Assembly: GCF_009914755.1 (NCBI RefSeq)
Contig: NC_060941.1
Length of the DNA: 64,000 nucleotides
Direction: 5' to 3' (one strand)
Source: the human T2T-CHM13v2.0 reference genome, Homo sapiens
The notes beneath the pieces were generated by a model that made no database searches, had not been told where the DNA came from, and saw nothing but the letters and a program-made list of their open reading frames with translations. Of this stretch, positions 31,519 to 45,525 are shown in pieces. A program made the position numbers and the translations under genes. Numbering within the stretch: position 1 is the first letter of the stretch; each line of letters begins with the position of its first letter.

Positions 31519-31632
31519 TACTATGGTCTCAGAGTTTATGCTCCCTCCAAATTTATATGTTAAAACCTAATCACCAACATGGTAGTATCAGGAGGTAGGG
31601 CCTGTGGTAGGACATTAGGTAATGAGGACATC
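31519..31632 (+). mobile_element. MaLR LTR 5' fragment (MLT1A/MST-like)
   Basis: ctatggtctc...ccaaatttatatgttaaaacctaatcaccaacatggtagtatcaggaggtagggcct. Confidence 0.7.
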
Positions 31633-31639
31633 CATAAAT

Positions 31640-31975
31640 GTCCTCCCAAACACACTCAGAAATAATGTTTAACCAAATATCTGGGCATCTCTTGACCCAC
31701 TCAATTTGACACATAAGGTTAATAATCAATAACTCTATCCTTTGTCAATTTGGCATCCCCTGCACATAGATCTCCCTAAACCACACTTAATCTCTAATTA
31801 AGACAATAACATCATTATTCTGCCTAATATGATATAACTATCCAGTAGACAACCAGAAACACGCTAACCTCTTCACCAGAAGAGGGGGTAAAGTCTTTGA
31901 GTGATGTTTACTTTTGATATCCTATAGCTTAAATTACTATGATGTAAAATTAACAATACGTAAATACTATGGTAT
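31640..31975 (-). mobile_element. MLT2 LTR 5' end joined to the 3' end of ERVL internal sequence
   Basis: cagaaataatgtttaaccaaatatctgggca...ttgacacataaggttaataatca followed by cctttgtcaatttggca...ctaaaccacacttaatctc. Confidence 0.72.
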
Positions 31976-31984
31976 TAATAGAAC

Positions 31985-32630
31985 AGATAAAACAAACATG
32001 ATCACCACAATTGATGCAGAAAAGCATTTGACAGAATCCAACACTATTTCATGACAAAAACACTCAGAAAACTAGGATTAGAAGAGATCTTCCTCAATAT
32101 GATGAACTTTATAAAAATTCCACAAGTAATATCATACTCAATAGTGAAGACTGAAAGATGTCCTTCTAAGAATCGGAAACAAGGCAAGAATGCCTGCTTT
32201 CAGCACCACTATTCCATGGTGTATTAGAAGTTCTAGTCAGAGCTATTAGTCAAGAAAAAGAAACAAAAGCATCTCAATTGGGGGAAAAAAGTAAGATTAT
32301 GTCTATTTGTAGATGACAAAAATCTACATAAAGTCCGATAAATCCACAAAAAAATTCTTTAATATACACATTACTATACACCAGTAATATGCAATCCAGA
32401 ATGAATGAAAATTTAAAAAAAAATAAAGATCAGTGGTTGCCAAGGTTCAGGGATGTGGGAGGGAATTTATTGCAAATTGATATAAGAAATAATTTGGGGT
32501 GATGAAAATGTTCAATATCATGATTATGGTGGTGGTTATAAAAATGTGCATTTAGTAACTCTATAAATTATACATTCAAAAATTGGTGGGTTTATTGTAT
32601 ATACATTATACCTCAAAAAGCTGATAAAAA
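31985..32630 (+). mobile_element. L1M ORF2 fragment plus L1M 3' end
   Basis: aattgatgcagaaaagcatttgacagaatccaacac...gaagttctagtcagagctattagtcaagaaaaagaa; agatcagtggttgccaagg...ttatacctcaaaaagctg. Confidence 0.8.
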
Positions 32631-33923
32631 TAGATTTTTAAATGTGTGTTTAAGACCCTCCTTTAAAAATATTTCAATGCACAGAGAAAAGTATGGAACA
32701 ATGGATAGTATAATATCCAAGAAGTGGGTTATGACTGACATAACTATTTTAATATGCTTTACTTTAAACTGCTTATCATGTATATACATTAGTTTTCTAA
32801 TCAGAAGAAAAATCCTATTAACATATGTAAGAGCATTATGCACTTTACATTTATTTCCATTTAAGAGTTAATATTTTAAAGTATGTGCACTTACCATGTG
32901 AAACAGATCAACATTTGACAATGACAGATGGAGGTGTTGCAATATGCTGAGCTGACATCAAGCACTCAATGCCCATTTTCACATTATGTCTCATAAAAGT
33001 TTGTGTACTAGTACTCCATTTTTATATGGGCACAACTGAAAAGATTCCAAAAACCTAGATCATAACTGAAAATTCAAAGGCCATTTCCAATAAAACTGAT
33101 GTGTTTGACTGGTAATCTGGAAAGCTGTTTGATCACCCAGGTCCATCTAAATTTTCAGCTGAGTGAAACAGTAACAAGACAGTTTTAAAGGACCTGGTAA
33201 ACAAACGTCAAGTGACAAAGACTGGAGAAGCATAAGTTAGTATGGATGTTAATGAGCAAACCTCATCTTGTCCTTGTTTCACACAGAAAAACCTACTGGT
33301 AGAAGAGGAAAAGGCCGGGATTCCTGAGGACAGAATAAATGTTAGCCATCAGGAACGATGAAACTTGAAAGAATAGAATTACAAAACTAAGACTAGCTCA
33401 GACACAGACCAGACTGAAATTCTAGCAGTGGTAATCTAGTTTTGGAGAGGCCATAGGAAACACACCTAACAGATTAAGTAAAAAGATAAGGAACTGATTA
33501 CCCCAGGTGAAGATAGTGGCTGAAGAATAAATATAGGTAGAGTTGAGAAGCTCATGGATAAACGTACAGACTCTCAATCCATAGTAAATGGTTTATGCAA
33601 ATGTATTCTAATTCTACCATCATGGACAGTCCTTTGGAGAACTTCCTTAAGTATTTGGACAAAATAAAACTAAAAAGAACTTCCATGGGTACAGTGTTAC
33701 TATATAACATGCACTGTGTATATATACATTATCTCTAGTCTAAATTAAATACCCCAATTTACCTATGAGTTTGTGTTAGTTGAAACAATTGGCAGAAATC
33801 TTTATAGTAAGTAAATAGAGCAAGTCTCAAATTTCAATCTGTTCCAGTGAAAATCCCAGACTCCTTCCAGTCTCATGCATTCCCCCACTCCCTCCAACAC
33901 TCAGCTGAGAAAACAGGAGTCTG

Positions 33924-34470
33924 ACCATTTGACCCAGCCATCCCATTACTGGGTATATACCCAAAGGACTATAAATCATGCTGCTATAAAGACACATGCA
34001 CATGTATGTTTATTGCAGCATTATTCACAATAGCAAAGACTTGGAACCAACCCAAATGTCCAACAATGATAGACTGGATTAAGAAAATGTGGCACATATA
34101 CACCATGGAATACTATGCAGCCATAAAAAATGATGAGTTCATGTCCTTTGTAGGGACATGGATGAAATTGGAAATCATCATTCTCAGTAAACTATCGCAA
34201 GAACAAAAAACCAAACACGCATATTCTCACTTATAGGTGGGAATTGACCAATGAGATCACATGGACACAGGAAGGGGAATACCACACTCTGGGGACTGTT
34301 GTGGGGTCGGGGGAGGGGGGAGGGATAGCATCGGGAGATATACCTAAGGCTAAATGACAAGTTAGTGGGTGCAGCGCACCAGCATGGCACATGTATACGT
34401 ATGTAACTAACCTGCACAATGTGCACATGTACCCTAAAACTTAAAGTATAATTTAAAAAAAAAAAAGAAA
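33924..34470 (+). mobile_element. 5'-truncated young L1 (L1PA2-like): ORF2 C-terminus, 3'UTR and poly-A
   Basis: Frame reads MFIAALFTIAKTWNQPKCPTMIDWIKKMWHIYTMEYYAAIKNDEF; 3'UTR has gacaagttagtggg and aacttaaagtat, which are not the L1HS-Ta alleles. Confidence 0.93.
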
Positions 34471-34759
34471 GAAGACAAAGGGGAGCAGAGAGTGCCTGCT
34501 ATGTCCCTTGCATCTACCACGTAAAACACACTGATTAAAGTTTGTTCTTTAGAATAGCCGCCTTCATGTTCATGGGGCATAGTCAAATTCCGTTCACATT
34601 CAAGCAAGGTTGTCCTTCCACTAATTTATTAAGTATGGGTGCTTCTCCTACCTCCCAGAGCTGGTAAAAGATGATGAGTCTTCCTTATTCTAAATCAGTT
34701 TTCTTTCCATAACGCCAAGTAGAAAGGAAAAAGTAATGTCACCTGGCTTAGGATCAGTC

Positions 34760-34900
34760 TAGCTATGACCAACAGGAATAATAATTCCTGTTCCACAAGG
34801 TGGTAAGAATTCAGTTACACAAACTTTTGAAGTACTCAGCACGAGGCTGACACATAATAGGTCATCAGGTTATGGTATTTATTACTAATGTTGCTTTCAT
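34760..34900 (+). mobile_element. MIR 3' fragment
   Basis: aggaataataattcctg...gaagtactcagcacgaggctgacacataatagg. Confidence 0.6.
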
Positions 34901-35359
34901 CCCTTAGTGTCTGATAGGACAATCAATGTGACAGTTGTTTGAGAAGTCCCCATGGAGGGTAACTATCAGAGGGACCTGGCTCAGTGGACCTGATACTCCT
35001 GCTATTCCTATCTCCCACTATGTCATATTTCATCCCAGTAGTGAGCAATTCTTTGGGTTCTATCACTAGGTATTAGCTTCAACATGATACCTTGTAAATT
35101 CAACTCTCAGGCTCTCTTGCCTTTCCTGCGTCATTTAATGCCTGGAACTATACCTGCCCAAATGCATTATGCTATCTTTAAGAGGGAGGAAAGCAGCAAT
35201 ATAGCTCAGGCATGAATTCATCATTTATTTTTTTCATCAGTGTTTAAAAAGGAGAAGATGAAGAAGTAGACCTTTCTGCCTGCACTAACCCTGCTTGCTC
35301 AGAACAGTCAATCACAATTCTTGCCACTAAAACATGGGAGTTCTCGTGTGGTATGTTCG

Positions 35360-35402
35360 TGTATGTGTGTGTGTGTGTGCACACGCGTATTTTTGAGAGA
35401 GA
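35360..35402. repeat. (TG)n microsatellite
   Basis: Directly visible. Confidence 0.85.
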
Positions 35403-36038
35403 AAGTGAGATGAAGAAATGATTGCCTTTTTACCCCAAACATAGTTTTTCAAGTTCAATGTGTGATATATCAGACCTTTCACTTTGAGTTTTTACCGGCA
35501 GTGGTTCTAGAACAACCTTCTGAATAGCTACTACTTCTGAATTTTAAAATCTTCCTGGCCCTACCCTGAGCCACATTTTAAAGGTACGTCAACATGCACT
35601 TGGCTCACTCAATATTCAGGAACTTTATTCTTTTTAATATAACTTAATTTTATTAATACAAAACAGCATATCCCAGCACTGCCATAGAGATAAGACTCAT
35701 GCTAATCTATACTGTGAAGAAAAAGGAACAGACACAGATAAGTACAAATTTCCAAAGAAGGACTTCTTGGCCTAAGCCAAAGTTTGTTTCACCTCCTTTT
35801 ACTCTTGAGGAACTTTTAATTGCTAGGCGAAATGAACCGACTGAAATGAATGTCTAAAGGTTTCATAACCTCCTCAATAAAATCGAACATGTTTAATCAA
35901 TCTCATAGAAGACCCCTGAGGTATGTCAATCACATTTCCTGTGGGACTTACCTACCTGGCATCATTAGATCCTATAAAATAATAGCAGATATTACCCTCT
36001 GCAAACACACATCCTTTTCATTTACCACTGAGATCTCA

Positions 36039-36396
<358 letters not shown>

Positions 36397-37070
36397 TTAT
36401 TCTGAGGTCTCCTTGTCCACTTTATTTGGAGTCTGCCAACAGGTGACTAGATTCTAGAGTGCATTTATCTACCCTCCACTGGGTCCTTCTAATGCAACCA
36501 GGATTCCTCAAGGAAAACCCTCAGTCTAGAATCAGCAGCCCCTTCCAGAGCCTCCTCTGACATTCACACCAGGAAGTAATGTTCCAAGATGGTCTCAGAA
36601 TTGTATTGACCACAATGGGTCAGCAGGAAGCTTACTAAAAAGAAAGAAAACTCAATAAGCATCAGGCATTCTGCATCAAGCAAACTAAAGTTGTAATGCA
36701 GTCACCTAAGGTCACCCAATCCTCTGAGATTTAAGGAAAATTGGCGTGAGCCCTTATTCCACATCCTGTGAGACATGCCTAGCTTTCCCCCAAGATTTTT
36801 GCAAAATACCGGAGAGTCTCATGTTCTCATAGTCATGTCTGGCTGCAAATTATTTGTCTTGCTGAATTTTCTCCTCACAGTTCATTTTGCTTGTGTCTCA
36901 CCTCTTGTGGGTATTTTCTTTCTCCTGCTCCAGACATGGAAATCAATTGTTTTCTTCTTCCTCCCAAAGCATGACATTTTGGGGGTAAATAGATTACTGT
37001 GAAGGTTTTGGATGTGAGGGAGGTTATAGCACAAACATTCATAATTAAAAGCTGTAGACATTAATAATCA

Positions 37071-37384
<314 letters not shown>

Positions 37385-37764
37385 TGATTTTATTCCTTCC
37401 AAAATCTCCAAGGAAACCTGATTTCCTGGAGACAGTGCTGTGGTTTTTAAAATCCCCCTTTAATAATAATTACACTGAGATGTTTCTGCACTTCAAGATG
37501 ATGACACAGCTTCAATAATAAGGGCCTCTCAGTCCCTGTCCTTCCACCACCCTTATGAGGTATCTCCTGGAAAACCATGGCCAGGACCAAGGCAGTCATA
37601 ATCAACAATGCAGAGAGATCTGGAGACCAAAAGATATTTAGAGGATGATGAAAGTGGGGTGTGGAGTGGTGACTTCAGGAATCTAGAGATAAGCCAATGA
37701 AGCCAGCGGTTATCTGATCAACAATATTGTCCCTGATTTGAGATTAAGTTAAAAACAAGATACA

Positions 37765-38138
<374 letters not shown>

Positions 38139-38892
38139 TCAAAAAATAAAATACCAAGCACAAGTGGTCTGTATCCCATATGGTATTCAGTTAATTTTTG
38201 TAGCACAGATCAAATCCTCTAATTCCAGAATTTGTGCCTAAAATGGCAGCTACAATCATAATATTAGTTTCTGCAGCACACAGGTCGAGGATGACCACAG
38301 TTCTTTCCTTAGACCTGCCTCTCCCAAGTTATACTTCAGTTCCTAAATGTCACTTTGAATATTTGCCCAAGAGGCCTTCCTGTGTCATGCATAATATATG
38401 ACAAATTTGGACAAATCTAAGGCTCCTCTTTGAGTTTATCTACCATAGAAAATACCTGCATTGATTATTAGGCCAAATGAGATAAAAGAACTTGATTCAT
38501 TCAGGATTCTCTGGCAAGGAAGAGATTAGGGTAGCAGGGCTGACCTGATTTATACCCCATCCCCTGATTTGCAGGGGATGAAACTGGAGAAGGACAGGAT
38601 ACCCCTTTACCCTAGAAAAAGGAACTGTCCTGGCAGGCTCATCATATTGGAGCAGGCAGCAGAAGACAGAAAGGGAAAGTGGTATCTTTTTCAGACACAG
38701 GGACTATCTCCTGTATCATTTTTTAACACTGTTTTTGTGGCTCTTACTCCAGCATTAAACACACAGTAAAAACTGAAAAATAAATTTTAAATGAAGTTGA
38801 GAAAATATAGATGTAGTAAAAGCCCTATAAACTTTGTACTGGAAGTTCCAGAAATGTCACTGTTTATAAGACATTTTCATTGATGTAGTTCC

Positions 38893-39514
38893 TTTTTTTT
38901 TATTTCCAATCTTTCAATTTCTTTTTTTTTATTATTATTATTAAAGTTCTAGGGTACATGTGCACAACGTGCAGGTTTATTACATAGGTATCCATGTGCC
39001 ATGTTGGTGTGCTGCACCCATTAACTCATCATTTACATTAGGTATATCTCCTAATGCTATCCCTCCCCCCTTCTCCCACCCCGTGACCCCATGACAGGCC
39101 CCGAGGTGTGATGTTCCCCTTCCTGTGTCCAAGTGTTCTCATTGTTCAATTCCCACCTATGAGTGAGAACATGTGGTGTTTGGTTTTTTGTCCTTGGGAT
39201 AGTTTGCTCAGAATGATGGTTTCCAGCTTCATCCATGTCCCTACAAAGGACATGAACTCATCTTTTTTATGGCTGCATAGTATTCCATGGTGTATATGTG
39301 CCACATTTTCTTAATCCAGTCTATCATTGATGGACATTTGGGTTAGTTCCAAGTCTTTGCTATTGTGAATAGTGCCGCAATAAACATACATGTGCACGTG
39401 TCTTTATAGCAGCATAATTTATAATCCTCTGGATATATACCCAGTAATGGGATGGCTGGGTCAAATGGTATTTCTAGTTCTAGATACTTGAGAAATCGCC
39501 ACGCTGTCTTCCAC
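38893..39514 (-). mobile_element. 5'-truncated L1PA (about PA4-PA6) 3' end with a bipartite tail
   Basis: ttctagggtacatgtgcacaacgtgcagg...cccagtaatgggatggctgggtcaaatgg; TSD ttgatgta(gt/tc)tccttt at 38880-38895 and 39516-39531. Confidence 0.93.
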
Positions 39515-40149
39515 GTTGATGTATCTCCTTTGGAGCTTCCCAACAGTGCTGTGAGGTGGGGAGGTACTATTTACTTTATACCCATTGTCGCCCATGGAAA
39601 TTTAGATGAATGAGTTCATTCCTGCAGGCCCAAGGACTAGACCTCCTCAAGTTTCTTTTGTTCTCTCAAAACATGTATAGTTAACTAGATTAAATTTTAA
39701 TTTGCATAAAGCCTATGCTATTCTGTTTTCTCCATATGACTATTAAATTTCATTTTACCCAAGGCTTCTTTTTATAAACCACATCATGCATAAATCATGT
39801 CTCTGACTCTATGTAAGAGAGAAGCTATCATAAAGATCACTGGAATGAAGTCTCATAGAAAACCACCACCATTGAAACTCAGTATTTCCCTGAAACTGTC
39901 ACTGTTCCCTTCGACCATGTCTTTACTTGTAATAGGATGGAAATGTGTTATAATCTGGTGCACAGCCTTAAATTGTCCTGACTTTTCCAACAGCACCTCT
40001 GGTTCCCAGAAAGACCCTCCTTCCTCTGATATCAAGTCCTGCAATCCCACAATCAGGCCAGGAATGGTAGGTCTATCAAAGCAAAAAGGATTTTGTAACA
40101 AAATTAATTACAAAACAGACATATTTTCCTTTTTTGGTCATTTTTTTGG

Positions 40150-40310
40150 AAGTTGGCAGTGCTTAACTCTCGCCTTCAGGGTCTATCAAGAACTGAAATC
40201 TTGATTTTATCTCGAATAGTTATGTAACTTTGAGTAGGGCAGTCTTCCTGTGTGTTGAGTCTCTCATCTATAAAATGATGAGTTTAGACTACTTAATATC
40301 TAAATGACCC
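40150..40310 (+). mobile_element. MIR fragment
   Basis: tagttatgtaactttgagt...ctcatctataaaatgatgagtttagactac. Confidence 0.55.
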
Positions 40311-40339
40311 TACTCTTCTGATCAAAACTTGGGAGATGG

Positions 40340-40560
40340 TTGCTATTACTGTGTTCTGGGAGGGCACCAAGAAAAGAGTATCCCAGCTAGACTCATCCAG
40401 GAAGGCTTCATGGAAGAAATAGGAATGGTGGTGGACTTTGGAGAATTGGAAGGCTTTTAACAGTGCAAAGACATTCCAGACAGAGGGACAAGGTAAGCAC
40501 AGGCTTCAGGAAAGGAAATACACTGCGCCCTCCTGGAATTGCAGGGAGTGCTGCATGCCT
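40340..40560 (-). mobile_element. L2 fragment
   Basis: caggaaggcttcatggaagaa...gacattccagacagagggacaag. Confidence 0.6.
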
Positions 40561-40742
40561 GCTGTTTGCAGAAGGACTTTTCCATAGGCCTATTCTCTTT
40601 CATATTTTTTTTTTAAAATGAAATTTTATTTTAAAGCAAATAAACATCAAATTTTTTTGTCACAACTGTCTTGAATTATAATTCACATAACATACACTTC
40701 AATTATACACAGTCAAAGCATACAATTCGAGAGTTTTGAGTA

Positions 40743-40795
40743 TTCGGTTGATGTAAAAGTAATTGTGGTTTTACATTACTTTTGCACCAACCTAG
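40743..40795. mobile_element. MADE1 mariner MITE, internally deleted
   Basis: ttcggttgatgtaaaagtaatt...attacttttgcaccaacctag palindrome flanked by TA. Confidence 0.88.
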
Positions 40796-41655
40796 TATGT
40801 TAACAGATATACTGCAATCACATTCAGTTTTAGAACATATTTATCATCCCAAAGGAAATCCCAAATCTTTTAATCACTACTCCAAAATTCCCCCATCCCC
40901 TTCCTCATCCCTAAGCAACAACTAATCAACTTTCTCTCTATAATCTACTCTCTATCTCTATTCTATCTATAGATCTGCCCTTTCTGGACATTTCATATAA
41001 ATGGAATCATACTATATGGGTTGTGACCAGCTTCTTTCACTTAGTAAAATATTTTTAAAATTCATCTATGCTATATTATGTATCAGAACTCCATTCATTT
41101 TATTGTTAATATTCCATGGTATGAATGTACATTATGTTTACCTATTCATCAGTTGATTAACATTTCTGGTGCTTAATGTTGTTAAATATTTATGTACAAG
41201 TGTTCATGTGGACATATGTTTTTATTTCTCTTGGTTATGTACCTGGGGTGGAATTGCTGAGTTGTATGGTAACTCTGTGTTTAACATTTTGAGAAACTGC
41301 CAGACTATTATCCAAAATGGCTGCACCATTTCACATTTCCATCAGCAGAATATGAGAGTTTCAATTTCTCTGCATCCTCAACCACATTTCTCATTATCTG
41401 CCTTTTGATTATGACAGTCCTAGTGAATAACTTACTGTGGCTTGGATTTGCATTTTCTTGGTGACTAATGATATCACACATCATTTCATGTTTAAATTCA
41501 TTTATGTTCTAATTAAATATGTATATATTAAATTCATTCATATTCTGATTAAATATTTGTATTTTTATTTTGCAAAAATATTCAGATCATTTGCCCATTT
41601 TAATTGCGTTGTCTTTTAATCATTTTGTTGTAGGAATTCTTTATATACTCCAGGC

Positions 41656-41869
41656 CAGGAATGTCCAAAATTTTGGCTTCCCCTGGGCCACATCATAGAA
41701 GAATTGTCTTGGGCCACCCATAAAATACACTAACACTAATAATAGCTGATGAGCTAAAAAAAAAAAAAAAAAATCGCAAAAAAAAATCACCAAAAAAATC
41801 TCATAATGTTTATGAATTTCTATTGGGCCACATTCAAAGCTGTCTTGGGTCACATGTTGGACAAGCTTG
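41656..41869 (+). mobile_element. MER30 (hAT-Charlie)
   Basis: atgtccaaaattttggcttcccctgggccacat...atagctgatgagctaaaaa...ttggacaagcttg; decayed 8-bp TSD ctccaggc/ccctaggt. Confidence 0.9.
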
Positions 41870-44616
41870 CCCTAGGTAAAAGTACTGCATTAGATATATG
41901 ATTTCCAAGTATTTTCTCCCATTCAGAAAAAAAGTCAGGTTATTAGCATTATCACATTTGAAAGAACAGAAAAGAACAAAAAAGTCTTCCAGAACAAGAT
42001 TACAAATACTGCACTATTTTCTGCAAAACACAATTTAATTTTTATATAGCAAACAGCAAATATGTTAAACTCTACTTTTAAAATTCATTAAAGTCACCCC
42101 CAAAGTTGGTAGGTTAAAAAAAAAAAAAAGCACACAAGAACACGTAGACATAGATGCCTCTACAGAGAAGAACTGTTGATTACTCCAGTAAGACTATTGT
42201 AGCTTTTATAAATCATGTTTTACCAATTCACATGCTAGAATTACATCACAAAATAAGCCATGGAATGCATCTGGCCACATGTTGTAACCATTAAAATGAT
42301 GTTTCATGCTACAGAGCATGTGTTAGAGGTACTCTCTACATGAAGTCTGACTAGATAGTTCAAAATCTCTTATGATTGACCAATTAGTTGCTTCCAAAGA
42401 AAGAACACCACAAACCCAGAAGATATGTAAACACTGGCTCATTAGGGCAAGACATTTTCTTGTTAGACTGAGGTCTCCGTTGTGTGCTGAATGGTAAAAC
42501 ATAATTCACTGTTCATTTTGCTATGAACACCAAAAGATTTCATTTCTGAGAATACACCCACGCAGAGAAAGGTGATTTCAGAACAGAGCTCAGGAAACAT
42601 AATCCTTTATATGAAGTGAATTCAGAGTCAGGCAGAGAGCTTGCTCTCTGCTTGTGTCCACTTCATCTTCTGCTCTGAAAACTCCAGCTGGGCTCCTTGC
42701 TCCAGTGTTACCTTAAACATTCTCTTTCCTGGAGCAATGTACGCTGAAGTGCATCTAAAATAGCTGAATCCTTCTCCAGTGAGCTGAGCCACAGGCCTTG
42801 CACGGAAAGACCTGGGAAACATTAGCTAGCTTCTGGTCTGGCCATAATGAAAATAAATGAGGGCTTCAATTTAAAGTCGTTACTAAAAATTTGTTCTTTC
42901 CTCCATTCTAATTCTGAGACCCACTTGCAGCTAATTAGAATGGTTCCCAGCGTGATCTCCCAGCACACTGCTAGTGTAAACACCAACCATCTGAGTTTCA
43001 TTACAATAAAGAAATCAAATAAACAGTGGACCAGAAAACAGTAGTTTGGGCATGGCTCATTACAGCACAATGCAGTTAACATTCCTCACTTGGGAAGGAA
43101 AAGAAGGCATTGGGCAAGAGGGGCTGATGTCCAGTGCTTTCCATTCTTATTAACGATATTAGTTGGACTGGGGATTATTTTTTACTATTAACGAGTTTTG
43201 GAGAATGAGGAGGGATTTTTTTCAATGGAAAAGAAAAAGAAATGCCCTCTGAACCTTGGTGTAAACAAAGAGAAAAGGTAATTATTGGCTCTGGGCTACT
43301 CACTGCTTCTCCAGTTTCTCATAGGATGTACTGTTGACAATTTACATAAGGAAAAAGAAAAAGAAAAAAAGAGGAATACAGTATCCATTAATCTACTCAA
43401 GGGTTTTTATTATTTATCCTAGGTACAAACAAATCTTTGCCAATGTAGGATCGGTATGACTATATGATTGCTAATATACAGAATTTTTTCAAAAGTAAAA
43501 ACTTACCTAAGAGAGTCACTCTTTTATTTAGAAATTTTACTTATCTCATTCACACTAATAATTGGAAGTATTCATGTAAAGAATCATTCTGTAGGTTGTC
43601 TATATTGTTTAGCATGATCTTGGAACCATCAAAGGAAGAAAGATCCAAATATTTCTGTCTCTAAAATTTAACCCTGCTTTTAAGTAATTATTGAAATCTA
43701 AAGACATTTATTGAATTTGGTTCAGAAACTCAACAAAAGAATGAGTTCTTTGGTAAAAGCATGTTCTAAGAAGAAAATATTAACCAACTACAAGGCCTCA
43801 TGTGATATTACTTGTGTGCCTGTGACTCAGAATTCATAATTGGACCTTGGATCAGGTCAGGATTTCATTGCACATGATAGAAATTGCTTAGCCCCTCAGT
43901 TATAATGCAGCTTCAGTGAAGAACATGTAGACATACTCATTTCCTCTTTGAGGCAGTCTAGGTCTAGGTGTGTAAATATCACGTCACTGGTGCTTAAAAT
44001 TTTAAATTGTTAGAGAAAGATTATAATACTTAGCAGAACATATTCACTCAGAAGTTTCCAAATGCTTTGGGCTAAGATTAAAATACTCGCAAAACAGCCC
44101 CTTTATGCTTCTGTTTTGACCACTCTGAAAACCTGTTGCATAAAAGGACCCAAAGCAAGATCCTAAACTGTATAAATCAATAATTGAAAAAAAGTCACAA
44201 AAACTGCAAATGGTATTGAAACTGATCATCTTAGAGAAAAAGAACAAAATAAATGCATGCTCTGACCTTGAGATTCATTTTAATTTGTGGAAGGAAACAA
44301 TCACTCATCCCTGAGCAGAGAAAAAAAATAAAAATAAAAAGGAGAAGAAAAAAGAAAGGAAAAGAAACAGGGAAGCATTTGTCTGCCACAGCTGTCTCAG
44401 TAAGGAACTTAAAGAAAAAAAAAGCCAGCTTTCTTAGAACAATTTAATGTATTGTTTTGGAATTAATTGTCTATTATCAACATGTTGAAAGAAAGTTAAA
44501 CTCAAGGAAAATGAAAGTGAATTTCCAAAGAAATTAAAACTGAAGATAGCAATTTTTAAAATCTCAAAGAGCCATCATTTCAATTTTCCTAATCTGCTTA
44601 GTCTTAAAACAATCTA

Positions 44617-44671
44617 TTAGGTTGGTACAAAAGTAATGGTAAAGAACACAATTACTTTCGCACCAACCTAA
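44617..44671. mobile_element. MADE1 mariner MITE, internally deleted
   Basis: ttaggttggtacaaaagtaat...attactttcgcaccaacctaa with TA TSDs at 44615-44616 and 44672-44673. Confidence 0.92.
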
Positions 44672-45329
44672 TACTTTTGTACAAAAGACATATACTTGGT
44701 GTCATTCAACAAGTATTTATTGAACATTTCTCTGCTAGATGCCAATCTATTTACTGATTTTTAAAGTGAAATTTGTGCACTCTGATGTCCATAGCTGTAA
44801 AATAAGAGGTTTCGATTGGATAGTTGAGAGGGCTGCCAAGTTCTTAAAGTTTAGAGCTATTATTTCACCATCAGGCGATGTACCATGTCTTAAGCTCTGC
44901 AATCCAGCCATGGTCCTTTACCTGGTCAAAATTCTCCATGACAGAGCATGGAAGAGAACACTGCTATCATCAGAACTGACCAGCCTCCTGTAAAGCCATG
45001 AGTTTTAAGGATTGTAGTGTTTAACGGAGTTGAATGAGGAGGCTTTACCATTCCTTTAGAAATTATCTTTGCATATGTATTACTCACGACTAGAATAATG
45101 TTGGAAAAATAATGTAATCGTTTTATAAATGCCCCCAAAATGACTATCACTATCACCTTTCATTTTCCTTTACAGTAGGTAATTTTTTTCTAAAGCATTT
45201 TCATTGTTAATTTCTCATAACAGAATGACTTACGTAAAACTCATGGAGCCCAAGTGTGGCTTATAAAATTGTAATGGAATATTAAAGTGAGCAAACTGAA
45301 ATGAACTGTTTAAATTATTTTGTTATTTC

Positions 45330-45525
45330 CCATACCAATGTCCTGTATTGTGCAAGGACCTTACATGCATTATTTTATTTTGTCTTTATAGCCATGCTAT
45401 GGGATCCACACTTTAACAAATGATGCTGATGAGAAAACAGAGATCATTTTCTCAGAGCTGAGAAGTGAAGGAACTAGGATTTGAAACTGGGTTTACTCAT
45501 ACAAAAGCCATGCTCTTTCTACAAC
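45330..45525 (-). mobile_element. MIR
   Basis: agctgagaagtgaaggaactaggatttgaaactggg...caaaagccatgctctttctac. Confidence 0.6.

Larger units (their letters stand above)
40650..41925 (-). mobile_element. L1MB/MC-type 3' end carrying MADE1 and MER30 insertions
   Basis: ctggacatttcatataaatggaatcatac...ggaattgctgagttgtatggtaactctgtgtttaacattttgagaaactgccagact. Confidence 0.88.

Noticed and set aside
34006-34236. ORF resembling a real protein (also 39343-39543 and 47742-47972)
   Set aside because: It is the C-terminal fragment of L1 ORF2p in truncated elements, not a host gene.
33924-34470. L1HS-Ta call
   Set aside because: It lacks the ACA/ACG and terminal G diagnostics (it has gacaagtt and cttaaagt).
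39797-40204. Overlapping 135-aa (+) and 82-aa (-) ORFs in unique sequence
   Set aside because: No recognisable homology. An acceptor-like site exists on the - strand near 40075, but I found no convincing donor.
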